A stretch of DNA of 64,000 nucleotides from a virus. Taxonomy: Duplodnaviria > Heunggongvirae > Uroviricota > Caudoviricetes. Of the stretch, positions 10,517 through 18,752 are shown one piece after another (the stretch's first letter is position 1; each line of letters begins with the position of its first letter). The notes below the pieces were generated by a model, which saw only the letters and a list, made by a program, of their open reading frames with translations, did not search any database and was not told the DNA's origin. The stretch lies in the IMG/VR virus record IMGVR_UViG_3300020050_013219, one strand, 5' to 3'. The position numbers were made by a program, and so were the translations under genes.

Positions 10517-10587
10517 CAGAGCTGCAAGGGATTGAACCTCAATCTTCTGAACCAAAATCAGACGTAATACCTTTATACCACAGCTCA
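10517..10587 (-). tRNA. tRNA-like gene, non-canonical (short D-arm); anticodon loop TTTTGGT gives anticodon UUG (Gln) as the tentative reading
   Basis: Minus-strand sense sequence has a GGTTCAATCC T-arm, a 5-bp anticodon stem TCTGA/TCAGA with a 7-nt loop, and a 6-7 bp acceptor stem GAGCTG(T)/(G)CAGCTC. The D-stem is only about 3 bp. It sits in a 220-nt gap between minus-strand genes. Confidence 0.5.
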
Positions 10588-10593
10588 ATTAGT

Positions 10594-10989
10594 TTATTTA
10601 CAAGGAACTTGCATAACAAATCCTGGTTTAATATTTGTAATTACTTTTATACTATAAGCAGGTGCAATTATAATTACTTGTTCTGGTTTAATCAAATAGC
10701 TTTGTTTAACACATTGCTTAATAGCAGGAATTGTCCTATTACAAATTTTTATTTGATTATTTGAACAATCAATGTATTGCTCCGTAAATTCAGGTCTCAA
10801 TACTTTATTAATAATAGTATCTTTATAAACGGCAGGAATAATTTGTGTTACAGCAGGAACAATTTCTACAATTGTATCAGCTTTTGTAGGAACATATTCA
10901 TAAGTAAAACAACCCATATTAGCCACTGGAAATTGAGCCTTAACACTTATAGTTAATAAACAAAGTAATGCTATTGTTAAATATTTCAT
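10594..10989 (-). CDS. Secreted protein (signal peptide MKYLTIALLCLLTISVKAQ)
   Basis: 131 aa with an N-terminal signal peptide. Confidence 0.6.
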   Translation of the reverse strand: MKYLTIALLCLLTISVKAQFPVANMGCFTYEYVPTKADTIVEIVPAVTQIIPAVYKDTIINKVLRPEFTEQYIDCSNNQIKICNRTIPAIKQCVKQSYLIKPEQVIIIAPAYSIKVITNIKPGFVMQVPCK

Positions 10990-11426
10990 AAATCAGTTAG
11001 TTTATTTTTATCATTCCAATATTCTTTATCTACATACATAGAATCAAAGGAATCATTTATTTCTTTTAAAGCTCCCCAATTCTTATCAGTGTCAAAATTA
11101 TGACCAAAGTTTTTAAATCTTATTTTAGCTCTTATTTCTCTTTGCCAATTATTTTCTTTCCATAATGACTTGTAGTATGTACTTGCCCAAGGTGTACCAT
11201 TTGGCGAAAAATAAATATGGCAACCTCTATATTCACCAAAACTTCTTATAGGTAAAGTAATACAGATTACTCCATATTTTTTAGTACTTATTTGAACTGC
11301 CCAGTTCATAGCATTTTCTCCAAATATCGTAATATTTCCAATATTAATATGTCCACCAAAAAAGTTTTCCCAAAAAGATAGTGAAGGATATTTTGCTTTT
11401 AATATTTTTGCTAAGAATGTATTCAA
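10986..11426 (-). CDS. Hypothetical protein
   Basis: 146 aa ORF with a 4-nt overlap. Confidence 0.6.
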   Translation of the reverse strand: MNTFLAKILKAKYPSLSFWENFFGGHINIGNITIFGENAMNWAVQISTKKYGVICITLPIRSFGEYRGCHIYFSPNGTPWASTYYKSLWKENNWQREIRAKIRFKNFGHNFDTDKNWGALKEINDSFDSMYVDKEYWNDKNKLTDL

Positions 11427-11433
11427 TTGATTG

Positions 11434-11898
11434 TTAGTATGTTCCCATTATGAGATTCTTAGGAATTAAGAAAAATCCTGGAAGTTGATGTTTTGGAGTT
11501 GAGAAAATATATTCAGTACTTACCAACCAATTTTGAGCATAAAAAGCCATTGGTGAAACTAAAATATCTGTTCCATATTCATAACCACCACCTGTAATAA
11601 CAACTCCATAAGCCCTTCTACTGGCATCTTGTCCATACCAACCCATAACTGTACCTTGAGCATGACCTGTTTCAGGATGAAGTCTAAGAGCTTCAAAATT
11701 AGGTTCATCTCCAAGTTTTAATCTTACAAGTACATAACCTGGCGAAGGATTAAATTGCTTATAGATTTCAGGAATATCATTAAAAGAATTATTATATTCT
11801 TGTATTTGCTGTAAAGCATTTTGTTCAAGTTCTTGATTTTTAGCTTCATCAATTACTGGTTTAGGAGCTTTGTTCAATCTAATATTTTTCTTGTCCAT
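11434..11898 (-). CDS. Hypothetical protein
   Basis: 154 aa ORF. Confidence 0.6.
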   Translation of the reverse strand: MDKKNIRLNKAPKPVIDEAKNQELEQNALQQIQEYNNSFNDIPEIYKQFNPSPGYVLVRLKLGDEPNFEALRLHPETGHAQGTVMGWYGQDASRRAYGVVITGGGYEYGTDILVSPMAFYAQNWLVSTEYIFSTPKHQLPGFFLIPKNLIMGTY

Positions 11899-12665
11899 TA
11901 TAAGTTAGTTAAAAATTTGTGTAATTCTTTGTTCCACTTTGCATCACTAAGAGCATTATGTTCATTTTTGGGACTTTCAAATTTTGTATTTTTTCCTGTC
12001 TTTTCCCAAATCTCATCTGCAATTTGTTTTAAATCCCTACAATACATCGGAAAACCTTTTGGTAAATCTATCATCTTTCCAAATAACCAACAAAATACTA
12101 CCCAATCATAATCAGCATAATATCCGTAAAATTCAGGTTTAGACTTATCAAGTTCTACGAAGTTAATAATTTCTTCTGCAATTTCTTTATTTGTTTTACC
12201 ATACTTCAAGAGTAACATTTTCAAATAAACATATTTCTCATTATCTTTCATTTCATCCCAAGCATAAGAAGCATCAGATTTAGTATATTTTCCATGCTGT
12301 TCAAATAAATCCATCCATATTTGTTTTAAAACATTTTCCCTTAACCAATAGACTTTAATAGGTTCATCCCCCATTTCTTCGGGAAGTTGTAAATCATGTC
12401 TATTCCAAGCTTCTTCCAAATTAAAATCTTTTGATATTGCATAATATTCGTTTTGAAAAGGTAATTTATGTTTATCACAACAATATTTTCCTAATTTCTC
12501 ATTAATATGACCTGCTCCTTTTTCTTTAAAATCACAACAATCTTCACTAACAATTCCTATACTTATCAAGTCAATAGTAAACGGTGTTTCTCCATATTTA
12601 ATACCAAGAAATTTTTTATCTTGTTTACCCTCAATGAACTCACAGTCAAGATAATATTTAGCCAT
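11898..12665 (-). CDS. DEDDh-family 3'-5' exonuclease (DnaQ/RNase T-like)
   Basis: Exo I 'YLDCEF', Exo II 'YADYDWVVF' and Exo III 'HNALSDAKW' (the H.A..DA signature). Confidence 0.7.
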   Translation of the reverse strand: MAKYYLDCEFIEGKQDKKFLGIKYGETPFTIDLISIGIVSEDCCDFKEKGAGHINEKLGKYCCDKHKLPFQNEYYAISKDFNLEEAWNRHDLQLPEEMGDEPIKVYWLRENVLKQIWMDLFEQHGKYTKSDASYAWDEMKDNEKYVYLKMLLLKYGKTNKEIAEEIINFVELDKSKPEFYGYYADYDWVVFCWLFGKMIDLPKGFPMYCRDLKQIADEIWEKTGKNTKFESPKNEHNALSDAKWNKELHKFLTNL

Positions 12666-12732
12666 TTTCTACTTTAGTTACTTTATACCCATTTAACTGC
12701 TTCAATTACAACAGGTTTCTTTCTATATTGCA

Positions 12733-14457
12733 TCAATATGTTAGTGTATTAAGTTTAATAAATTTCTTTACAACTGCTGTACTGTTAAGTAAGCTCTCTG
12801 TTAATGAAGCAGCACTATCTAAAATATTACTTGTTTCAATATCTTCATATTTAAAAGTTCCAAAATTGAATAATTCACTTTCCGTAATATAGTTTCCATA
12901 AATCACATCATAATTTTGATAACCACTTTTACACATAATTTGCAAACCTGTTTTAAGTGCTTCAATTACAGCTTCATATCCCATTAAAATTTCTTTATCT
13001 TTTGGTAAACTCTTTTCAAGCATTGAAGCAATATTAATATCTGTCCAAGCTCCTCCTGGCAACACACCTGATTTAACTGCTGATGAACAAGCCATAAGAG
13101 CATCTTCTACTAAATATTTATTGGTTTGAATTTCTGTAAGAGAATTACCACCTACATAATAAGTACAACTAACTGATTTAAGTCTGTTCATTCTATCTGC
13201 ATGATTTTTAATCAATTGACCATCAGTAACATCTGCTGCATCAAATTCTTCATTAAGCATGTCAATGTAAGCATCTGTAACTTCCTTTGCAGTATTAAAC
13301 TCAAATATACAATTTTCTGCTGTTAAAGTAGCTGATTTAATTTGAAGCTCATAAAACGGGGAAGGACTATCATCTTGTACATCTTTAATATGAGTTTTAT
13401 CTTTTAATATTGCATTTTTCTTCCAAACTAAATCATAGAAGACTTCACCATTTTCAGTGCTTTCCATTAGTTCTGCTGAAGCCATAGCACAAATATCTTC
13501 AAATTGCTTATCAACTTCTTGACCATAAGTATCTACTTTACAAATAAATATTGGTATGTTATAAGTTTTTTCCATTTCTCTTGCCATTTCAACCAATGAA
13601 GGATTTAATTCCTTTACAATAAAAACAACAGGACTTGTATCTCTCATTACCCTACGATGTATATTTTTGGTTAAAACACCAAAAGCATCTAACTTTCCGT
13701 TGTAAAGAATGATTCTTGGATTTTCCAATTTTGGCGGAATATTAACATTCACACTTGGGGATTTAATTGTAATAATATAACCAGTCTTTTTAACTACTTT
13801 ATCTTCATAAGATATTCCATCTTCAAAATCAATACTTATTCCCCAATCTTTCCTGTCAATTTGGCTGTAAAGAGACTTAATGTTATTTGCAACTTTTTCA
13901 TTTCCATGTGAACTTGTGTAAGCTATTTTCCATAAATCTTGAAGTTCTACATTTCTTTTGTTTGTAGCTATGTATGCAAGTGCTTGATTAACAGCAAGTT
14001 CAATACCTTCTTGAATTTTATAAGGATTTGGACTTTTAATCATTTCTTTTATTTTTGTAAAGAAACCTTTGTTTGTGATAAGTCTTTGCAGCATTGTGTG
14101 AATCATAGCAATAGTTCTTGTTGTTCCATCACCTGCAATAAAAGCTGTTTTTTGGGCTGCTTCAAGAATAAGGCTTGCTATAATATTTTCAGCTTCTCCT
14201 TTAAGTGGTAATAAACTCTTTGCCACTGTAACACCATCATTTGTAATTTCTGCTGTATGTCCAAATACAGTTTCTTTTTTAAATATGTGATATTGTCCAT
14301 TAGCTCCCATTGTTGCAATTACAGGAATTGCTAAAGCTTCACTTGCAAGTTTTACTGCTCTTTTAACATCTTTAATAGTAACTTTTCGCCCATCAAAGAT
14401 TTGCTCATTTCCACTGTTCATTAATTTATCATGTATGCTGTTCATTGTTAAGCTCAA
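12733..14457 (-). CDS. GroEL-family chaperonin (phage-encoded Hsp60 homologue)
   Basis: 574 aa. 'ITNDGVTVAKSL' matches GroEL ITKDGVSVAREI, 'AGDGTTRTIAMI' matches AGDGTTTATVLA, and the C-terminal 'VEDALMACSSAVKSGVLPGGAW' matches [21 protein letters not shown]. Confidence 0.85.
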   Translation of the reverse strand: MSLTMNSIHDKLMNSGNEQIFDGRKVTIKDVKRAVKLASEALAIPVIATMGANGQYHIFKKETVFGHTAEITNDGVTVAKSLLPLKGEAENIIASLILEAAQKTAFIAGDGTTRTIAMIHTMLQRLITNKGFFTKIKEMIKSPNPYKIQEGIELAVNQALAYIATNKRNVELQDLWKIAYTSSHGNEKVANNIKSLYSQIDRKDWGISIDFEDGISYEDKVVKKTGYIITIKSPSVNVNIPPKLENPRIILYNGKLDAFGVLTKNIHRRVMRDTSPVVFIVKELNPSLVEMAREMEKTYNIPIFICKVDTYGQEVDKQFEDICAMASAELMESTENGEVFYDLVWKKNAILKDKTHIKDVQDDSPSPFYELQIKSATLTAENCIFEFNTAKEVTDAYIDMLNEEFDAADVTDGQLIKNHADRMNRLKSVSCTYYVGGNSLTEIQTNKYLVEDALMACSSAVKSGVLPGGAWTDINIASMLEKSLPKDKEILMGYEAVIEALKTGLQIMCKSGYQNYDVIYGNYITESELFNFGTFKYEDIETSNILDSAASLTESLLNSTAVVKKFIKLNTLTY

Positions 14458-14629
14458 TTTGTTTGTTAGTGCAGTTACAAATTTTTAATTCTCTGTATTC
14501 TAAAAAAGTATATTCTGTTAATACAAAAAATACTTTATTCAAATCTTCCATAAAATTTTCATTTACTTTTCGTCCACTGAATATTGCGGAGAAAATATTA
14601 TGTAAATCATCTTCTAATTCTTTGGTCAT
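14429..14629 (-). CDS. Hypothetical small protein
   Basis: 66 aa ORF overlapping the chaperonin start by 29 nt. The chaperonin may start at an internal Met. Confidence 0.4.
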   Translation of the reverse strand: MTKELEDDLHNIFSAIFSGRKVNENFMEDLNKVFFVLTEYTFLEYRELKICNCTNKQIELNNEQHT

Positions 14630-14631
14630 AA

Positions 14632-14847
14632 TTATTTAGTATTTGCCCCAGGCATATCATCAAAAGCATCAAAATGATTAATTATAATAACTGTTGATTT
14701 AGGATTAAAAGGTGTTTGCCCGATTAAATGCTCATTACTATATATTTTTACAACAAAAGTTCCTGTTACTTCAAGTTTCTCTATTTCCCAAAGAGTTACC
14801 TTATCAAAAATAGCTCCCATTTGTCCTTCTTGTACTATGACCTCCAT
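14632..14847 (-). CDS. Hypothetical small protein (next to the chaperonin; co-chaperonin role not supported by the sequence)
   Basis: 71 aa ORF with no GroES mobile-loop motif. Confidence 0.5.
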   Translation of the reverse strand: MEVIVQEGQMGAIFDKVTLWEIEKLEVTGTFVVKIYSNEHLIGQTPFNPKSTVIIINHFDAFDDMPGANTK

Positions 14848-15122
14848 TCTTTATTGTTAGTGCTATAAGACTTAGAAAACTCTAATAGTTCTTCCAGTTC
14901 CTTAGTTTCAAGTTTCATTCTTTTATACTTTGCAATTTTATACTTAATCATATTTGCTGATAAGAAAAAACTACCTAAGTTACTTATGTATATGCTTGAA
15001 GCTAATCTTCCTTTAAATACTTCTTTCATTATTGAGAAGAAATTATTATAAACATATTTAATAACTTCCTTAGAATATTTTTCTTCAAGTTTAACATAAG
15101 CTTCATCTATAAGAGTACTCAA
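14835..15122 (-). CDS. Hypothetical protein
   Basis: 95 aa ORF. Confidence 0.5.
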   Translation of the reverse strand: MSTLIDEAYVKLEEKYSKEVIKYVYNNFFSIMKEVFKGRLASSIYISNLGSFFLSANMIKYKIAKYKRMKLETKELEELLEFSKSYSTNNKEWRS

Positions 15123-15489
15123 CTGTTAAAGTAGTGAAATTCTTTTCAAGTAACTTTTCAAGCTGTGGGTGAAGTCTAAGTTTTCTATTTTTATTCCGTT
15201 TTTCAAAGTTTGGAATAATTAGTGGACTTGCTATGCCACCAATATCTTTGTGTATGTTGGTAAGTTTGTTAAGGTCATTAACTAATACTTGCCATTTATT
15301 TTGATTTTCATAAGCTAACTTTTCGCAAAGTAGATTTTTTAAATCATCATCTAAGATTAAATCTTTTTTCCAAATAGACATAACTGCCAAAAGTACACTG
15401 TAATACTTATCATTCAAATTGACTGTGGGAAGAAGTAGTACTTTGGCAATTAGTTCTGGTTTATTTTTACATATTATTTTCATTTTCAA
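15103..15489 (-). CDS. Hypothetical protein
   Basis: 128 aa ORF. Confidence 0.55.
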   Translation of the reverse strand: MKMKIICKNKPELIAKVLLLPTVNLNDKYYSVLLAVMSIWKKDLILDDDLKNLLCEKLAYENQNKWQVLVNDLNKLTNIHKDIGGIASPLIIPNFEKRNKNRKLRLHPQLEKLLEKNFTTLTVEYSYR

Positions 15490-15736
15490 TAGTTATGTTA
15501 TACACATAAGAAATTCTATCTTTCTTTTCTTTGATAAGTTTTTCCTCAACTTCTAATTGTTTATAGAGTTCTACGGCTGTGTAGTAATTCAGATTCTTAA
15601 AAATGTTTTTAAATTCTTCCATATTTTTACTATTTTTTGCATCAGAAATATAATTCATAAATAAACCTAAATTATTTTCAATAAACATTTCTTTTTCTTG
15701 TTCTGCTTTAACTTGTTCTATTGGGTTAAACATCAT
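15467..15736 (-). CDS. Hypothetical protein
   Basis: 89 aa ORF. Confidence 0.5.
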   Translation of the reverse strand: MMFNPIEQVKAEQEKEMFIENNLGLFMNYISDAKNSKNMEEFKNIFKNLNYYTAVELYKQLEVEEKLIKEKKDRISYVYNITIENENNM

Positions 15737-15920
15737 TTAATAGTTTATAATACTCATCTCTAATTTCTTCTTGTTCTCTAAACTTTTGTTTTTCAAACAT
15801 TTCCATTTGTAATTCATTTAAGACTTCTTCTATTTCATCTATGGGAATAGGATTGTGAACTATCTTATCAGTAAGTTCTCTGTGTTTTATTAACTTATCA
15901 AAATCTCTTGTACCTTTCAT
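15726..15920 (-). CDS. Hypothetical protein; first gene of the minus-strand block
   Basis: 64 aa ORF. Confidence 0.45.
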   Translation of the reverse strand: MKGTRDFDKLIKHRELTDKIVHNPIPIDEIEEVLNELQMEMFEKQKFREQEEIRDEYYKLLNDV

Positions 15921-16279
15921 GCTTCCCTAACGATAAAAAAATTAAAATGTTCAAATTTCGTTTAAAATAATTTTTAAAATGTTGATAATAAGGAAGATAA
16001 ATTTATCATGGCTTGATAGAAACATTAATTTTTATAAACTTAGTCCCCCCATGGTTTTCTGTGTATAAAATAGCCCCATGTGTTTTTAATTGTAAGAATT
16101 AATGTTTTTAGATTTTATAAGTTTGTTATAATAGATTGGTTAATAGTGTTGTATGTGTAAGGTCAGTACCAAGATACCCACGCCTACTTAATTTCGAGCA
16201 GTTTATACCCCATACTTGTTTGTATGGCTTGTAAACTTAGTTTGCTCACTAAACTTATCACATATAATTTATCATTATC

Positions 16280-16600
16280 ATGGCATCAGCATCAACTAAA
16301 CTTGCAACAGTTTCAATCCTTGACTTTATGAACTCACAAGGATTTGTATCATGTGTTAAAGCAGTTCGTACCAACAGTAATACTTATCCTTACATTACAT
16401 TCCTTACTGCTGATAATGTAGCAGAGAATGTATATTTCTCCAAAAATGCTTCCAAGCTTGTTGGAGCAGGAGATGTTATTGCTAAGGGTTTCTTCACACC
16501 ATTCATGGCTGCTGAAACTACCAATGCAGAAGGGGAAAAGCGTTGGAAAATAGTATCACAAGGAGAATCTAATAGAGTATCTATCGAAGATTTGTTCTAA
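16280..16600 (+). CDS. Hypothetical early protein; first gene of the plus-strand block, with its own terminator
   Basis: 106 aa ORF followed directly by a strong terminator. Confidence 0.6.
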   Translation: MASASTKLATVSILDFMNSQGFVSCVKAVRTNSNTYPYITFLTADNVAENVYFSKNASKLVGAGDVIAKGFFTPFMAAETTNAEGEKRWKIVSQGESNRVSIEDLF

Positions 16601-16608
16601 ACACATAG

Positions 16609-16643
16609 CAGGTTATCCTTAGTGGTAACCTGTTTTTCTTTTT
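16609..16643 (+). terminator. Intrinsic terminator (stem caggtta(t)cc/ggtaacctg, 5-nt loop, then tttttcttttt)
   Basis: Read directly, 9 nt after the stop codon of the 16280-16600 gene. Confidence 0.7.
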
Positions 16644-16661
16644 ATTTTCAATATAACCTAT

Positions 16662-16743
16662 CTAATAGGCTCTACAATCAACTAACTATTTATTTTGATA
16701 TAAACATATCATTTAAAAGATAATTGATTGTAGGGCTTATTAG
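16662..16743. repeat. Long imperfect inverted repeat (20-nt arms, 18/20 matching: ctaataggctctacaatcaa ... ttgattgtagggcttattag; 42-nt AT-rich spacer)
   Basis: Read directly in the 360-nt non-coding region 16644-17005. Confidence 0.5.
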
Positions 16744-16922
16744 AGGTCTTAAACAGAGATTGATTACTAAATTGTAATTATATCTTGTGGGATTTGCTGA
16801 AACCCAAGAAAAGTAAGCAATAGTTCTGTCCAACAATATGATTCACTGATAACTTGCTCAATGAGTATAAGGTAAAGTCAATCATGTTGTTGGTTTAAAT
16901 AAGTGCATAACAGGTAATGCTG

Positions 16923-16952
16923 TTAGGTCTGATAATTATCAGGTTTAGGTCT
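16923..16952. promoter_or_regulatory. Operator candidate: perfect 14-bp palindrome ctgataattatcag (16929-16942) flanked by direct repeats ttaggtct (16923-16930 and 16945-16952)
   Basis: Read directly. It lies 20-45 nt upstream of a TAATTTTG -7-like box. Confidence 0.45.
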
Positions 16953-16971
16953 ATAAGATGCTCAAACTTAT

Positions 16972-16979
16972 TAATTTTG
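16972..16979 (+). promoter_or_regulatory. Bacteroidota-type -7 promoter box candidate (TAATTTTG matches TAnnTTTG), 27 nt upstream of the 17006 ATG. A 7-bp hairpin ggtagtt/aactacc sits in the short leader.
   Basis: Motif match read directly. No -33 TTG was identified with confidence. Confidence 0.35.
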
Positions 16980-17005
16980 GTAGTTAGTTAAACTACCGCA
17001 ATATT

Positions 17006-17302
17006 ATGAATTTTCTATTAGTTGATAAAGACAACAATATAATCCTAAAAGGAATAGTAGTTATGCTTGGTACTCACACAGCATTAAGTGAAATAAACAA
17101 TTGCCAATGTTTTTTCGTTTATTTAAACAATCCTCAAATACTCAATGAGGTTCAGTTTGAAGAATGGAAAAGTAAATTCTTGTATTATAACAAAGCGATT
17201 GGCAGTAACGGTATTCCTCCTACATCAGAATACTGTTATATGGAGTTTAAGTTAGATAAATTCAGAGATGGATTTGACTTCCAAATAACTGAAAGAACAT
17301 AA
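17006..17302 (+). CDS. Hypothetical protein
   Basis: 98 aa ORF with a promoter-like motif upstream and a terminator downstream. Confidence 0.6.
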   Translation: MNFLLVDKDNNIILKGIVVMLGTHTALSEINNCQCFFVYLNNPQILNEVQFEEWKSKFLYYNKAIGSNGIPPTSEYCYMEFKLDKFRDGFDFQITERT

Positions 17303-17313
17303 CATTTTAATAA

Positions 17314-17353
17314 GTTTCCCAAATCAGTAATGAGGAGGGAAACTTTTATTTTC
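17314..17353 (+). terminator. Intrinsic terminator candidate (stem gtttccc/gggaaac, 16-nt loop, then ttttattttc)
   Basis: Read directly, 12 nt after the stop. Confidence 0.5.
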
Positions 17354-17391
17354 GTTAGTGAAATGAATTACTAAATTAACTAATTGAAAAT

Positions 17392-17913
17392 ATGAAAGAC
17401 ACAGGTTATGAACAACTGTTAAATTTAAAGCATCACGAGAAAGCTGCTAAAATTAATACAGAAACAGGTCAAATTACAGAATTACCAAAGAGAATGAACA
17501 GAATCCCAAAAGGTAAATCTAAATTAGATTATGAAAGATACCACATTTCTAATGATGTATTCATCAAGAAGGCTTTATCTACTAATCTATTGACCAACGA
17601 AGAATTAGGTATTGTAACTCACATGAGTTCTATTGCTGAAATTAATACCAATTCTTTACGTCCACTGACAAATGATGTAACATTGAAAGATTTATCTGCA
17701 AGATTTCAAGTTCCAATCAAGAGAGTTGAGAAAATATTCAAAAAACTATTTAGTTTAGGAGTTTATGCTCAATTGAATTACTTTTCATACTCTGAAAATC
17801 AAGAAGTAACATATTGGGTGTTAAATCCTTATATTTCTTGGAAAGGAACATTGAAAAATGATAGTATTTTCAGTGCTTTTGCTGATACATTGGTGTGTAA
17901 GTTAGTATTGTAA
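17392..17913 (+). CDS. Putative DNA-binding protein (HTH-like 'LKDLSARFQVPIKRVEKIFKKL'); regulator or replication-initiator candidate
   Basis: 173 aa. HTH-like segment recognised by eye. Iteron-like repeats lie immediately downstream. Confidence 0.55.
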   Translation: MKDTGYEQLLNLKHHEKAAKINTETGQITELPKRMNRIPKGKSKLDYERYHISNDVFIKKALSTNLLTNEELGIVTHMSSIAEINTNSLRPLTNDVTLKDLSARFQVPIKRVEKIFKKLFSLGVYAQLNYFSYSENQEVTYWVLNPYISWKGTLKNDSIFSAFADTLVCKLVL

Positions 17914-17997
17914 CTGCCAAATGGAAGTTTTCATCTGCCAAATGGAAGTTGATTATACTTGATTATCAAGACTTTACACCCTTCTCTATTCTCTATT
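17914..17997. repeat. Iteron-like tandem direct repeats: 2x ctgccaaatggaagtt (17914-17929 and 17935-17950), 2x ttgattat (period 10), 2x ctctatt
   Basis: Read directly in the 116-nt intergenic region straight after the stop of the HTH gene. Confidence 0.55.
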
Positions 17998-18029
17998 CTT
18001 ATACAATATTCAATTAACTTTTCAACAAC

Positions 18030-18341
18030 ATGAGAACATTTGTAATTTACCATCCTCTCAACTCTGATTTCAATTTCAGATGCAAAAGAGGAGTTTTTGA
18101 ATATGAAGAAGTAGCTGTCGTACAAAAAAACAGCTTAAATGAAGTTTATCAATGGTCTCAAAATGATTTTAACACCACTTATAAATGTCTTGAAAAAAGA
18201 AGTACAAGTGTTGGAGATATTATTGTTGATAGAGAACTTGACAAACATTATTTTGTAGCAGGTTGTGGATTTCAAGAGATTCCTCAAACAGTTGTGCAAT
18301 TTATTGATTGGAGTAATCATATTCCTAAAGCAAGTTCTTAA
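18030..18341 (+). CDS. Hypothetical protein (MRTF... N-terminus; the paralogue-like small ORF at 18429-18590 and the partial ORF at 63885 open the same way)
   Basis: 103 aa ORF. Confidence 0.55.
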   Translation: MRTFVIYHPLNSDFNFRCKRGVFEYEEVAVVQKNSLNEVYQWSQNDFNTTYKCLEKRSTSVGDIIVDRELDKHYFVAGCGFQEIPQTVVQFIDWSNHIPKASS

Positions 18342-18428
18342 CAAAACAGGACAATTTGGCAGAATAGTAGCCTAACAAGGGTATGAAAATCAAAATATCT
18401 GTCATTTTGTCCTTTCTTTTCGTCAATT

Positions 18429-18590
18429 ATGAGAACATTTCATATATTTGAATCAGGTTATCTGATATGCAAATTTATTGGAGATATTGAATCTTTTGAA
18501 ATCTTCTTAGAAGAACAAGGTTTAGTATTCCATGAATGGAAAGTATTGGGTATCAGTGATATATCTCCTCAACCATTAAGTTGTAGTTGA
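18429..18590 (+). CDS. Small ORF (53 aa), paralogue-like of the 18030 gene (MRTFHIFESGYL... versus MRTFVIYHPLNS...)
   Basis: Below the 60-aa track cutoff; I translated it by hand. Both paralogues begin with the same atgagaacattt and differ in their upstream context. A stem-loop (tatatctc ... gagatata) spans the stop codon. Confidence 0.4.
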   Translation: MRTFHIFESGYLICKFIGDIESFEIFLEEQGLVFHEWKVLGISDISPQPLSCS

Positions 18591-18752
18591 GATATAACTT
18601 ATTGGTTGTTAGATGTTTATGTGGTTACACACTTAATCATCTATATATTTCAATGTTACAACATCAATGTTTAAACATCAATCTTAATTTGATTAATATA
18701 TTAATTTTGTAAATCTAACTTAATTTGTTAGACTAACCTAACTCTTAACAAC

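Noticed and set aside
14632-14847. Possible GroES-like co-chaperonin next to the GroEL-like gene
   Set aside because: At 71 aa it is too short, and it shows no mobile-loop motif. The adjacency alone is insufficient.
1459-15122. Short plus-strand ORFs of the six-frame track lying inside long minus-strand genes (1459-1680, 2040-2231, 2083-2298, 2529-2750, 2847-3107, 3503-3691, 5727-5933, 11821-12111, 13939-14211, 14445-14639), and the minus-strand ORF 5440-5643 inside TerL
   Set aside because: They are antisense to, or out of frame within, convincing long genes. Their low-complexity F/L/I-rich translations are typical of AT-rich antisense frames.
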